NCBI GenBank assembly: GCA_964016885.1
Contig: OZ024742.1
Coordinates: 558,001-622,000 of the forward strand
DNA length: 64,000 nt
Reading direction: 5' to 3'
Source: Eledone cirrhosa
Taxonomy: Eukaryota
A program made the translations under genes and the position numbers. Of the stretch, positions 23,173 through 36,544 are shown piece after piece; positions within the stretch are counted from its first letter, which is position 1, and each line of letters starts with the position of its first letter. Below the pieces are notes generated by a model. That model saw only the letters and a program-made list of their open reading frames with translations. It did no database searches and was not told the DNA's origin.

Positions 23173-23190
23173 AAGGTAACTTAATGAAAA

Positions 23191-23315
23191 CTAAGTTATG
23201 AACCGAACTAAAATTAAATCGATAATGAAAGCTGACAGAATGAAGATGGAGCAGATTAAATATTCTAATAGATTTAGTTTGATGGCACTGCTACCATTTC
23301 GGTCAGCTAAATAAC
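23191..23315 (-). CDS. Candidate terminal coding exon with a GPI-signal/transmembrane-like C-terminus: (G)YLADRNGSSAIKLNLLEYLICSIFILSAFIIDLILVRFIT*
   Basis: Acceptor attcttcctctcag|GT (ct at 23316-23317); the other two frames stop within 4 codons; TAG at 23191-23193. Confidence 0.45.
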
Positions 23316-23626
23316 CTGAGAGGAAGAATCAATACAAGAATTGTTTATATAGACTTTACATTATTGATGACTTCAAAATATTCACCACAATCACTACTAC
23401 CATCACCATCACTACTACTACTACAACCATCACCACCATCACTACATCCAGAACTACTGTCACCACCACTACAAACAAACAGCACCACTACCATAAACAC
23501 CACCACAACCATCTTAACTAACAACCATCACTGATTGAAATATAATATATCTTCCTTACAGTCAAACATTACCAACATTGATACTAATATACACTAGGAC
23601 AAATCTATAGATTTAGCCATCGTTGC

Positions 23627-24371
23627 ATCATCATCATCATCATCATCAACGTTTAACGTCCGTGTTCCACGCTTGCATGGGTTTGGACGGGGGTAGTCCC
23701 ACTTGAGGCAAGAGTGATTTGTCTTGCTCGCATAGGACTGTCTGGCAGGTTTTCTACAGTTGGATGCCCTTCCTAACACCAACCACATTTACAGTGTGGG
23801 TCTGGGAGGTTTTTACCGTGTTGCCTACACGGCCACATTACAGCGTGGACTGTGTGTTTTTTTGTCGTGACACCTACACGATCTCATTTGTTTCGGCCTG
23901 GATGGCGCGGCACCAACATAACTTTACATAGAACGGGGTGGTGTGGATGGGGTGGGGGTGGCGGCGGGAGGGGTGTATTTTGTTAGAGATGCCTACTGGC
24001 AAGGCGGGTCTTCTCTGTTACTGAGTACCGCCAAAGGTCACGGTCCAGTGACATTGTCTTGGAGAGGTGTAAGTGTGTGAGGTCGGAGTTTATCAGCTCG
24101 TCCCATGTTTTTCTAGGTCTGCCTATTCCGTGGCTACCGTCTATCTTTATTGCCCTGCACTTTGTAATACAGCTATCGACTTTCATGCGCATCACGTGTC
24201 CATACCAACGCAGCCTTCTCTCGAGTAAACAACATCTGATCCCTCTTATCTCTAATATTTTCCTTAGTTCGTTTATGCTTTGCCGTTCACGTATATTACT
24301 GTTACACATCCAGCGGAGCATGCAAGCTTCGTTCCTCTCTAGTCTGCGTATATCCTCTGCACACAATGCCC
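23627..24371 (-). mobile_element. RTE family A 3' fragment
   Basis: ORF 23983-24366 matches the C-terminus of family A; 3'UTR nearly identical to 42742-43140; (GAT)n tail. Confidence 0.92.
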
Positions 24372-25162
24372 ATATATGAACTAATTATATATAGGCTGTA
24401 TTATACTAGCGGACAGATCTATAGATACGTCATTGTCGTAGTATGTCTAAACTAATTATATATAGGCTGTAATATACGAGGACAAATCTATAAATATTAG
24501 GCTGTCACTGTATGTGTAAACTAAATGAAATATATGATGGGGGGGGGTGAGAGCTGGCCTCAAATCACAGATTCATAGAAGAAATGACAATGTAGTTATT
24601 GATAAGAGTTGAAAATATTGCATGCAAGATTTCACAGCTCTAGAATCATTCCTTCATAGTCAGCCTATGAACTTTTCCACTGACTCACATATGTGTAAAC
24701 TAATCAGGATTATATATGAGATACATATGGAAGTCATATAGAACTGTATCACCATGAATAAAAGTTCACTGAGAACTAAGAAGAATCAGCTGGACTAAAC
24801 TTTCAAATGATATTACATTCTCATTAGTAACCACTTATACTTGTAACTAATCACTGGGAAATTGTAGTTGAAGCTACTGCTTTTAAGTGTATTATTAAAC
24901 CAGGTACACATTATCAGTCTTCATTAAATATTTCTTTTAAGCCAAACTCACTTTTACATACATACACACACACACACAAGAGATTCACACACACACACAC
25001 ACGTTCAAGTAAAAAGAAAATGAATGTATATGCTTATGCATATAGATGACTACATAATATGTACATGCATATAAATAAATAAAGGATCGATCGACTTTCG
25101 TCAAATCGGACTGTTTCGTCGGTTTTTCCAGTTGCTAATACTATCGGTCACAACTCCAGGTA

Positions 25163-25285
25163 GAAGGAGCAACGTGAAATAAAGTGTCTTGCTCAAGGAC
25201 ATAACGCATCGCCCGGCCCAGGAATCAAACTCTCAACCTCACGATTGTGAATCCAATTCTCTAACCACTCAGCCACGCCTTCATG
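25163..25285 (-). mobile_element. tRNA/CORE-like SINE head
   Basis: Minus strand ggcgtggctgagtggttagagaattgg...gagtttgattcctgggccgg...gtccttgagcaagacactttatttcac. Confidence 0.7.
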
Positions 25286-25796
25286 CATATGTGTAAGTGT
25301 ATATATATATATATATATCTCAATGAACGTAATGAAGACATATTATAATGAAGACATATTATAGTGACATATCTATAGATTTGTCCTCTAATACATTACC
25401 AATCCAATCCTGGGCCTTCTCACTGGTTGACCTCCATCCTTTAAAACCTCCATGCTTCCCAAGATTCGCCAACACTACACCTGATATTCCCCCTCCATAC
25501 ACAAGCACACACGTATATCTTGACTCTCACACTGTTCATTTTCCTGACATTTGTACATTATTCTATGTACTATACATGCACCTTTGATGAGTTGTAGTGC
25601 ACCTGAGCACTGTACACGATTTCATTATTTATTATACTCTTTTACTCTTTTACCTGTTCCAACCATCCGGCTGAGGCCATGCTGGGGCACTGCCATATAT
25701 ATATATATATATATATGAAAAGTGTAATTTTCTACACAAAACGAAGGTTATAGAGAAAATTGAGGTTGGTAATGGCACATGGAATATATATATATA

Positions 25797-25836
<40 letters not shown>

Positions 25837-25957
25837 TGTGTGTATGTGTGTATATATATGTGTGGGTGTAATTATGTTTGTATGTGTGTATGTATATATA
25901 TATGTGTGTGTGTGTGTATATATATATATGTGTGTGTATGTATGTGTGGGGGGGGGG

Positions 25958-26031
<74 letters not shown>

Positions 26032-26097
26032 ATGTATGTGTGTATCTGGATGTATGTGTATGTATATATATGTGTGTGTGTATATATATATATATAT

Positions 26098-26232
26098 AGA
26101 AATCAAGCCAGATCAGTTCCTGTATGAGCAAGGCATGGTCAGCCGACCAGACACTGCCCACAACAGGACAACCCGTCTAACCCATGCTAGCGTGGAAGAA
26201 CGGACGTAAAACGGTGATGATGATGATGATGA
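26098..26232 (+). mobile_element. RTE family B (or S1 SINE) 3' tail in a microsatellite
   Basis: Matches 45450-45585. Confidence 0.85.
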
Positions 26233-26710
26233 TATATATATATATGTGTGTGTGTATGTGTATATATGTGTGTGTGTGTATGTGTGTATGTATATGTATG
26301 TGTGTGTGTATGTATGTGTGTATATGTATATATATGTATATATATATATGTATATGTATGTATGTGTGGATGAAGGTATGTGTGTATATATAGGTGTAAG
26401 TGCACTAAATCCCTTTCTATCACGCTCCACTCTCCTACCCACCACAGGAAGATATGTGTATGTATATTGCTTCCACCCCCTCACTGACCAGCAGCTGGCC
26501 AGTTGGTGATTGCTAAATCTGACCTTTATAAAATAACCCACACCCCAAATAACTTCTCATTCACTACCAGAAAGGGACACAGCAGTCAACCTGTTGTTGC
26601 TACCTAGATGAAAACTGCTATGAAATCCCACAATAAATTTTATACTTGAATTTTCAAGTCTCAAATTTTAACTCTTCGTATTATTAATTTTTCTTAATAT
26701 TAATCAACAT

Positions 26711-26860
26711 TTGAAAAGATGGCTTTTGCAGACCCATCGAAACCGGTCATTTTTTATACCCTTTATTATTTCCTTACCTTATAAAATTATGTTTTTTCAC
26801 AAAAAAGTATTCTGTCTCTTATATATTCCATGTGCCATTACCAACCTCAATTTTCTCTCT
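26711..26860 (+). mobile_element. Penelope-like terminal remnant with a degenerate hammerhead; inverted partial copy at ~25752-25787
   Basis: ttgaaaa-gatgg..ccatc-GAAA-ccg-GTC; tattccatgtgccattaccaacctcaattttctct is the reverse complement of 25752-25787. Confidence 0.45.
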
Positions 26861-26871
26861 CTCTCTCTCTC

Positions 26872-26913
<42 letters not shown>

Positions 26914-27433
26914 AGAGACTCATATACACATGTTGGTAAAAATATACAGATATACATGGACATGATAATAAATGAAGGCATGAAACATGTTTCTTGTTTT
27001 TCAACTGAGTGGCTTAAAAGAAAGTGTGAGTGTGTGTGAGTGTGTGTGTGAGTGAGTATGAGTGAGAGTGAGTGTGAGAGTGAGTGAGAGTGAGTGAGAG
27101 TGAGTGAGTGAGAGTGAGTGTGTGTGAGTGTGTGTGTGAGTGTGTGTGAGTGTGAGTGTGTGTAAACATATATAGTTGACAGATGAGAGAAAAGAGTGTA
27201 CAATACCAAAGTAAAGTTTAAATATTCATTTATGGCTAAATAGTGAGTCTTGTTAATCTGGAGTTTCATCTGCACACACTACTAAATTACTACAGGTAAT
27301 TGTTTCAGCACAGTGTTTTACATGAACTGGATATTCAGTGTTAAAAGTGTGGAATAATACCGACATCTGTTTGTTAGTGGTAAATGTAGGGTTTATATTA
27401 AGAGAGATCAAACTTTGATATCTTTTTCTTTTA

Positions 27434-27486
<53 letters not shown>

Positions 27487-28177
27487 CACACACATGTTCT
27501 ATAATGTGTTTCAGCCGATAGGCTGAGGCCATGCTTGGGCACTGCCACATATCTATCTATATTATTTCCGTAGAAAAGATAAAGGAAAGAAGAGTGCTCT
27601 ATATATTGTACAGAGCTAATTATATAATAAACAACACAATTTAATTCCATTACCAAAAATATATAATTGTTTTGTGTGACAACCGAGCTAGATATTGCTG
27701 GAAGAATCGAGTTTCTCCAAACTTTCAGTAATGCAATAATTACATTGTGTTTATTATGTAATTAAATATATATGTATGTCTATACATGGGGGGAAGGGGG
27801 TGAAAGAGAGTGCTCATCTGTGAGAAGGCAGAAGTAGAAACCATAGGAGTTCATGGTTGAATATTTTCTTCCTAAATATACAATTTGTTTTTCAACACAC
27901 ACACACACACACACACACATGACACACCCACGTATATATAGTAATAATAATAAATATATATACCCCATATGTACTACAATTAATTCAATTTATTTTATAC
28001 ACTCCAATGTAGGTTGAGGACCTTGACCCAAACAGATTACTCAATATACACAATAGAATAATAGTGTAGCTACATGATCCCTATTGAAACTGACAACACA
28101 TACCCCATATGTTATATATTACTTTTACTGTATATATATATACACCCCTATATATATATATATATTACTTCTGATAT

Positions 28178-31100
28178 ATAGACCGGCAGCAACTATTGGT
28201 AGACCGGCAGCAACTATTGGTAGACCGGCAGCAACTATTGGTAGACCGGCAGCAACTATTGGTAGACCGGCAGCAACTATTGGTAGACCGGCAGCAACTA
28301 TTGGTAGAACGGCAGCAACTATTGCTAGAACGGCAGCAACTATTGCTAGAACGGCAGCAACTATTGGTAGAACAGCAGTAACTATTGGTAGAACAGCAGT
28401 AACTATTGGTAGAACAGCAGTAACTATTGGTAGAACAGCAGTAACTATTGGTAGAACAGCAGTAACTATTGGTAGAACAGCAGTAACTATTGGTAGAACA
28501 GCAGTAACTATTGGTAGAACAGCAGTAACTATTGGTAGAACAGCAGTAACTATTGGTAGAACAGCAGTAACTATTGGTAGAACAGCAGTAACTATTGGTA
28601 GAACAGCAGTAACTATTGGTAGAACAGCAGTAACTATTGGTAGAACAGCAGTAACTATTGGTAGAACAGCAGTAACTATTGGTAGAACAGCAGTAACTAT
28701 TGGTAGAACAGCAGTAACTATTGGTAGAACAGCAGTAACTATTGGTAGAACAGCAGTAACTATTGGTAGAACAGCAGTAACTATTGGTAGAACAGCAGTA
28801 ACTATTGGTAGAACAGCAGTAACTATTGGTAGAACAGCAGTAACTATTGGTAGAACAACAGTAACTATTGGTAGAACAGCAGTAACTATTGGTAGAACAG
28901 CAGTAACTATTGGTAGAACAGCAGTAACTATTGGTAGAACAACAGTAACTATTGGTAGAACAACAGTAACTATTGGTAGAACAACAGTAACTATTGGTAG
29001 AACAACAGTAACTATTGGCAGAACAACAGTAACTATTGGTAGAACAGTAGTAACTATTGGTAGAACAGCAGTAACTATTGGTAGAACAACAGTAACTATT
29101 GGTAGAACAGTAGTAACTATTGGTAGAACAGCAGTAACTATTGGTAGAACAACAGTAACTATTGGTAGAACAGTAGTAACTATTGGTAGAACAGCAGTAA
29201 CTATTGGTAGAACAGCAGTAACTATTGGTAGAACAGCAACTATTGGTAGAACAGTAACTATTGGTAGAACAGCAGTAACAATTGGTAGGACAGCAGTAAC
29301 TATTGGTAGAACAGCAGTAACTATTGGTAGAACAGCAGTAACTATTGGTAGAACAGCAGTAACTATTGGTAGAACAACAGTAACTATTGGTAGAACAACA
29401 GTAACTATTGGTAGAACAACAGTAACTATTGGTAGAACAACAGTAACTATTGGTAGAACAACAGTAACTATTGGTAGAACAGCAGTAACTATTGGTAGAA
29501 CAGCAGTAACTATTGGTAGAACAACAGTAACTATTGGTAGAACAACAGTAACTATTGGTAGAACAGTAGTAACTATTGGTAGAACAGCAGTAACTATTGG
29601 TAGAACAACAGTAACTATTGGTAGAACAGTAGTAACTATTGGTAGAACAGCAGTAACTATTGGTAGAACAGCAGTAACTATTGGTAGAACAGCAACTATT
29701 GGTAGAACAGTAACTATTGGTAGAACAGCAGTAACAATTGGTAGGACAGCAGTAACTATTGGTAGAACAGCAGTAACTATTGGTAGAACAGCAGTAACTA
29801 TTGGTAGGACAGCAGCAACTATTGGTAGAACAGCAGTAACTATTGGTAGAACAGCAGTAACTATTGGTAGGACAGCAGTAACTTTTGGTAGAACAGCAGT
29901 AACTATTGGTAGAACAGCAGTAACTATTGGTAGAACAACAGTAACTATTGGTAGAACAGTAGTAACTATTGGTAGAACAACAGTAACTATTGGTAGAACA
30001 ACAGTAACTATTGGTAGAACAACAGTAACTATTGGTAGAACAGTAGTAACTATTGGTAGGACAGTAACTATTGGTAGAACAGCAGTAACTATTGGTAGAA
30101 CAACAGTAACTATTGGTAGAACAGCAGTAACTATTGGTAGAACAGCAGTAACTATTGGTAGGACAGCAGTAACTATTGGTAGGACAGCAGTAACTATTGG
30201 TAGAACAACAGTAACTATTGGTAGGACAGCAATAACTATTGGTAGAACAGCAGTAACTATTGGTAGAACAGCAGTAACTATTGGTAGAACAGCAGTAACT
30301 ATTGGTAGAACAACAGTAACTATTGGTAGAACAGTAGTAACTATTGGTAGGACAGTAACTATTGGTAGGACAGCAGTAACTATTGGTAGAACAACAGTAA
30401 CTATTGGTAGGACAGCAGTAACTATTGGTAGAACAACAGTAACTATTGGTAGAACAGCAATAACTATTGGTAGAACAACAGTAACTATTGGTAGAACAGC
30501 AATAACTATTGGTAGAACAACAGTAACTATTGGTAGAACAGCAATAACTATTGGTAGAACAGCAGTAACTATTGGTAGAACAGCAGTAACTATTGGTAGA
30601 ACAGCAGTAACTATTGGTAGAACAGCAGTAACTATTGGTAGAACAACAGTAACTATTGGTAGAACAACAGTAACTATTGGTAGAACAGTAGTAACTATTG
30701 GTAGGACAGCAGTAACTATTGGTAGAACAGCAGTAACTATTGGTAGAACAACAGTAACTATTGGTAGGACAGTAGTAACTATTGGTAGGACAGTAGTAAC
30801 TATTGGTAGAACAACAGTAACTATTGGTAGAACAGTAACTATTGGTAGGACAGCAGTAACTATTGGTAGAACAGCAGTAACTATTGGTAGAACGGCAGTA
30901 ACTATTGGTAGAACAGCAGTAACTATTGGTAGGACAGCAGTAACTATTGGTAGAACAGTAACTATTGGTAGAACAGCAGTAACTATTGGTAGAACAACAG
31001 TAACTATTGGTAGAACAGCAGTAACTATTGGTAGAACAGCAGTAACTATTGGTAGAACAGCAGTAACTATTGGTAGAACAACAGTAACTATTGGTAGAAC

Positions 31101-32078
31101 AGTAGTAACTATTGGTAGGACAGCAGTAACTATTGGTAGGACAGCAGTAACTATTGGTAGAACAGCAGTAACTATTGGTAGAACAGTAGTAACTATTGGT
31201 AGGACAGCAGTAACTATTGGTAGAACAGCAGTAACTATTGGTAGAACAGCAGTAACTATTGGTAGAACAGTAACTATTGGTAGGACAGCAGTAACTATTG
31301 GTAGAACAGTAGTAACTATTGGTAGAACAGTAGTAACTATTGGTAGAACAGTAGTAACTATTGGTAGAACAGCAGTAACTATTGGTAGAACAGCAGTAAC
31401 TATTGGTAGAACAGCAGTAACTATTGGTAGAACAGCAGTAACTATTGGTAGAACGGTAGTAACTATTGGTAGAACGGCAGTAACTATTGGTAGAACAGTA
31501 GTAACTATTGGTAGAACAGTAGTAACTATTGGTAGAACGGCAGTAACTATTGGTAGAACAGCAGTAACTATTGGTAGAACGGCAGTAACTATTGGTAGAA
31601 CAGCAGTAACTATTGGTAGAACAGCAGTAACTATTGGTAGAACAACAGTAACTATTGGTAGAACAGTAGTAACTATTGGTAGAACAACAGTAACTATTGG
31701 TAGAACAGCAGTAACTATTGGTAGAACAACAGTAACTATTGGTAGAACAGCAGTAACTATTGGTAGAACAGCAGTAACTATTGGTAGAACAACAGTAACT
31801 ATTGGTAGAACAGCAGTAACTATTGGTAGAACAACAGTAACTATTGGTAGAACAGTAGTAACTATTGGTAGAACAACAGTAACTATTGGTAGAACAGCAG
31901 TAACTATTGGTAGGACAGCAGTAACTATTGGTAGGACAGCAGTAACTATTGGTAGAACAACAGTAACTATTGGTAGGACAGCAGTAACTATTGGTAGAAC
32001 AGTAGTAACTATTGGTAGAACAGCAGTAACTATTGGTAGAACGGCAGTAACTATTGGTAGAACGGCAGTAACTATTGA
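28178..32078. repeat. 21-bp minisatellite tagaacagcagtaactattgg, ~3.9 kb (~186 units), with 18-bp variants
   Basis: Direct inspection; 7-aa periodic ORFs on both strands. Confidence 0.97.
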
Positions 32079-32476
32079 TATATAGAACAGTAGTAGTAAC
32101 ATATTTTGGGGAGTTTTACTAAGACATACTACCAGTGGTGGTGGTAGTGGTGAAAGTGGTAGTGGTGTTGTCAGTTGGGGTTGGTGGTGGCGGCAGTGGT
32201 GGTGGCAGTAGTGGTGATAAAGGTGATGGTAGTGGTGGCAGTATTAGTCATACACTGGGGTTGATAAAATAAAGCAATACCAGACATACACTGGGGTTGA
32301 TACAATATAACAGCACCAGTCAATATGGTTCCCTCTAGCAAGGACATCTGGTTGTAAAACACTGCCTCAAAAGGTTCTGTCCAACAGAAAGAGTTGTTGC
32401 AAAAAACAAGGATTGTATCATATATATATAGTGTATTATATATATATATGATATATTATATATGTATATATATATA

Positions 32477-32562
32477 AGATCTCCACATCTGTTCTGCCAG
32501 TCAGATCTCCACATCTGTTCTGCCAGTCAGATCTCCACATCTGTTCTGCCAGTCAGATCTCC
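32477..32562. repeat. 26-bp tandem repeat, ~3 copies
   Basis: gatctcc at 32478, 32504, 32530 and 32556. Confidence 0.9.
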
Positions 32563-33729
32563 CACTCACCTCATCTTTCATATTTAGTTTAAATGTGGAT
32601 CTGGTAGTTTTCTCTAATGACACCACAACTGCCACTACATCACCACCACTACACCAACTACAACACTAACACCCCGCCAACACCATCTCTGACACCACAA
32701 CTGCCACTACACCAACTACAACACTAACACCCCGCCAACACCATCTCTGACACCACAACTGCCACTACATCACCACCACTACACCAACTACAACACTAAC
32801 ACCCCGCCAACACCAAGACAATAATGGCAACACCAACAACAACAGTAACAACACCAACAACAGTTATGACAACAATACTGACACCATCACCACTAACCAT
32901 AATAGCACCAACACCAACAGTAATAAGACCAACATTAACAACTACAACAGGGTGTAACAGTTATATCAGGTACAAAAATATAAATGAGCCCCTATTTCTG
33001 ACGATACAAGAGGGTAGTGGAGGGGGTGGGGGAGTAATGGGGGTAGTGGTGGAGTAGTGGGGGTAGTGGTGGGAGAGTATGGGCTGGTGTGTTGTAAAGA
33101 AAGTCAGCTGATAACTCCACTGTTGCATTCATCTTCAATAACAGTGGAACAGCTTTTTATAGAAGTAAGAGAATTGTTTGACAGAGAGGGGGAGAGAGAT
33201 GAAGAGAAGAAAAGTAGCGGGCAGTGATTATGAGGTGGAAAAGAAGGAGTGCGATGATAAAAAAGAATAGACAGAGGGTGTATCCCAGATTTTAGAAATA
33301 GGTGAGTTGGTATATGGAACAAAAATGTTCTTACATAAAATTATGATGAAAAGATTTGTTTTATTTTGGGGTTTTTTCTAGATAAATATAAACCTTTTAA
33401 CCGTTTTGCATGTATCATAGGCATTTCTGCCAATGATATATGCAAATAATTTTGAAAATAAGAATTCGAAGCGAGTTTTATAACGTTGTCAGTGTTCGGA
33501 GCATAACAAAACTTCCAGCCTAAATGAAATACCTTGAAATTCTTGTCAGAATTATTTGAAAGTTTTATTTCTTTAGAAATATGACAATGAAAGAATTAAA
33601 ATGACTTTATTCATCTAAAAAAAAACCTTCCATCAGAAAGGTTCTGAGATGAAAATTAAAATTATGTCAGGTTTTTAAATGTATATAAGCACTTTAAAAT
33701 AAACTTTTGTGTCAAAAGGTCTATACACT

Positions 33730-33773
<44 letters not shown>

Positions 33774-33833
33774 CACAGACACATACACATCCATATACAT
33801 ATATATACACATACATACATACATACACACATA

Positions 33834-33869
<36 letters not shown>

Positions 33870-33873
<4 letters not shown>

Positions 33874-34292
33874 ACCATTTTACGTCCGTTCTTCCACGCT
33901 AGCATGGGTCAGACGGGTTGTCCTTTTGTGGGCAGTGTCTGGTCGGTTGACCTTGTCTTGCTCATATGGGAACTGATTCTGGCTTGATTTCTACAGCTGG
34001 ATGCCCTTCCTAACACCAACCTCATTTACAGTGAGTGCTGGGTGCTTTTTTCCATGTCACCTACACGTCCACTTTACAGTGTGGGCTAGGTGCTTTTTTG
34101 CCGTGGCACCTCCACGACCACTTTGCAGTGGAATGATAAGGACCCTAGTCCCTATCATCTCATTTCTACAGCTGAGTAAACTGGAGCAATGTGAAATAAA
34201 GTGTCTTGCTCAAGGAAACAACATCACCCGGTCCGAGAATGGAACTCGCAACCTTTCGATTGCAAGCCCAATGCTCTAACCACTAAGCCATG

Positions 34293-34293
<1 letters not shown>
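33870..34293 (-). mobile_element. Full-length SINE S1: tRNA head, CORE-like segment and ~250-nt tail shared with RTE family B
   Basis: A-box tggcttagtgg, B-box gagttccattctc; 33873-34125 aligns with the reverse complement of 45318-45570. Confidence 0.85.
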
Positions 34294-34353
<60 letters not shown>

Positions 34354-34355
<2 letters not shown>

Positions 34356-35115
34356 CATCATCATCTTCGTTTAACATCCATTTTCCACGCTAACATGGGT
34401 TAGACGGGAGTTGTCCCACTTGAGGCAAGGATGGTTGGGTGACCGTGTCTCGCTCATATAGGACTATCTGGCGGGTTTTCTACGGCTGGATGCCTTTCCT
34501 AACACCAACCACATTTACAGTGTGGAACTGGGAACTTTTTACCGTGTTACCTACACGGCCACATTACAGCATGGACTGTTTTTTTTTCTCGTGACACCTA
34601 CACTATCTCGATCTCATTTATTTGGACTGGATGTTGTGGTACCAACTTTACAGAGAGAGGGTGGTGTTGGTGGGAGTGGGAGGATAGGGTAGGGGTAGTG
34701 GATTGGGGTGTATATTTGGTTAAGAGGTGCCTACTGACTGTAGGTTTCGCTTTGTACATAGGCAAGGTGGGTCTTCTGTATTACTGCGTAGCACCAAAGA
34801 TCTCGGTCCAGTGACATTGTCTTAGAGAGGTGCAAGTGTGTGAGGTCGGAATTTATCAGATCATCCCAGGTTTTTCTGGGTCTACCTACTCCGTAACTAC
34901 CATCAATTTTGATCGCCCTGCACTTTTTTATACAGCTGTCGTCTTTCATGCGCATCACGTGACCATACCAACGTAGTCTTCTCAAGTAAACAGCATCTGA
35001 TCCCTCTTATTCCTAATTTCTCACTTAGTTCATTTATGCTTTGCCGTTCACGTATATTACTATTACACATCCAACGGAGCATGCATGCTTCGTTCCTTTC
35101 CAGTCTGCGCATGTC

Positions 35116-35119
<4 letters not shown>
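34354..35119 (-). mobile_element. RTE family A-like 3' fragment (diverged subfamily)
   Basis: [18 protein letters not shown]...RRLRWYGHV...GRPRKTWDD; A-type 3'UTR. Confidence 0.9.
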
Positions 35120-35159
<40 letters not shown>

Positions 35160-35559
35160 TACATATATATATATACATATATAATAATTTGGGCTGTTTG
35201 TTTACAGACAAACCGAACATTATAATAAATGTTCAGTAAACTCATACGTACATATATATATATGTGGGCATGTATGTATATATATTCTAGTGTACGTCTG
35301 TATACATATATGTATGTACGTATACATACTTATATTTAAGTATCAGCCATACTTAGAGTGAGAAATGAGATTTCATTTTTTCTATTTATATATATATATA
35401 TCTTTTACCTGTTCCAGTCATCCAGCTGAGGCCATGCATATATACATATACATAAACATATATACATACATACATACACATATATACATACATATATACA
35501 CACATATATATATATACACATATATATACACACATATATACATACATACATATATACAC

Positions 35560-35592
<33 letters not shown>

Positions 35593-35659
35593 TATATACA
35601 TATATACATACATATACATACATATATACATACATATATATACATATATACATATATAT

Positions 35660-36076
35660 TGTAGGGCGGGTAAAATTCCCGAGATCCATGGACGAGTTCT
35701 CTCCAGCGGTCTCTGTCCCTCATGATCGCTGCCATGTCCTGCGTCTCCCACAGGAGCACTGAGTGCAATGTCAACTCTGAATGCCGGTGAGCATATCCAG
35801 CTTACCTCAGTCTCCTCTGTGTCACTTTTGAGTTGACTTTTGGGAGGCTCACATACAGCTTTGAGTTTTTCATCCTCAGTGTATACTGATTAATATTCAG
35901 AGCCATCCTCAGCATTCTTGTGTAGCACCCATCCACCATCTGAGTGAGTTTCTTGGTCAGTTTCCAAGTCTCAGACCCATACAGCAGCACAGACTCCACT
36001 ACAGCAATGAAGAGGCGGATTTTCAGGTCTTCACGAAGGTCCGACTTCCACGATCTCAAGCTGTGGCACTCCGCCC
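35660..36076 (-). mobile_element. RTE-clade family E 3' fragment
   Basis: KIRLFIAVVESVLLYGSETWKLTK..DGCYTRMLRMALNI..LPKV..QRRLR; [11 protein letters not shown] near the end. Confidence 0.8.
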
Positions 36077-36160
36077 ATATACACATGTATATATATACAT
36101 ATACACATATATATACATGTATACATATATATACATATATATACATATATATATATACAT

Positions 36161-36475
36161 ATGACACACGACCGTGACCTCTGGCATCACGCAGTAATAC
36201 AGAGTACCCGATCTCCCATGGGTACAAGCTGAAGCATATAGACAATATGCCCCCACACCCCCCACCACAAGGTGGTCGTGGAGGTGCCACGGCAAAAAAG
36301 CACCAAGCCCACACTGTAAAGTGGACGTGTAGGGGCCACGAAAAAGCACCCAGCACTCACTGTAAATGAGGTTGGTGTTAGGAAGGGTTTCCAGTTGTAG
36401 AAATCAAGCCAGAATCAGTTCCCGTCTCACCCTTGCAAGCAGGGAAAAAGCGGACGTGAAATGAAATGATGATGA
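36161..36475 (+). mobile_element. Chimeric RTE 3' fragment: family B body with family C terminal stem-loop
   Basis: 36161-36420 matches 45212-45470, then switches to cccttgcaagcagggaaaaagcggacg as at 55706-55731. Confidence 0.75.
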
Positions 36476-36544
36476 TATATACATATATATAATATACATA
36501 TATACATATATATAGATATATACATACATATATACATATATATA

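Noticed and set aside
27253-27376. ORF tail MSVLFHTFNTEYPVHVKHCAETITCSNLVVCADETPD
   Set aside because: Weak acceptor and no recognisable homology.
28084-32102. 1333/1325-aa ORFs as genes
   Set aside because: A 21-bp unit is a multiple of 3 and open on both strands, with starts in flanking low-complexity DNA. Kept only as a finding.
34225-34293. tRNA gene
   Set aside because: A/B boxes are present but the stems are imperfect and the sequence continues into a SINE body.
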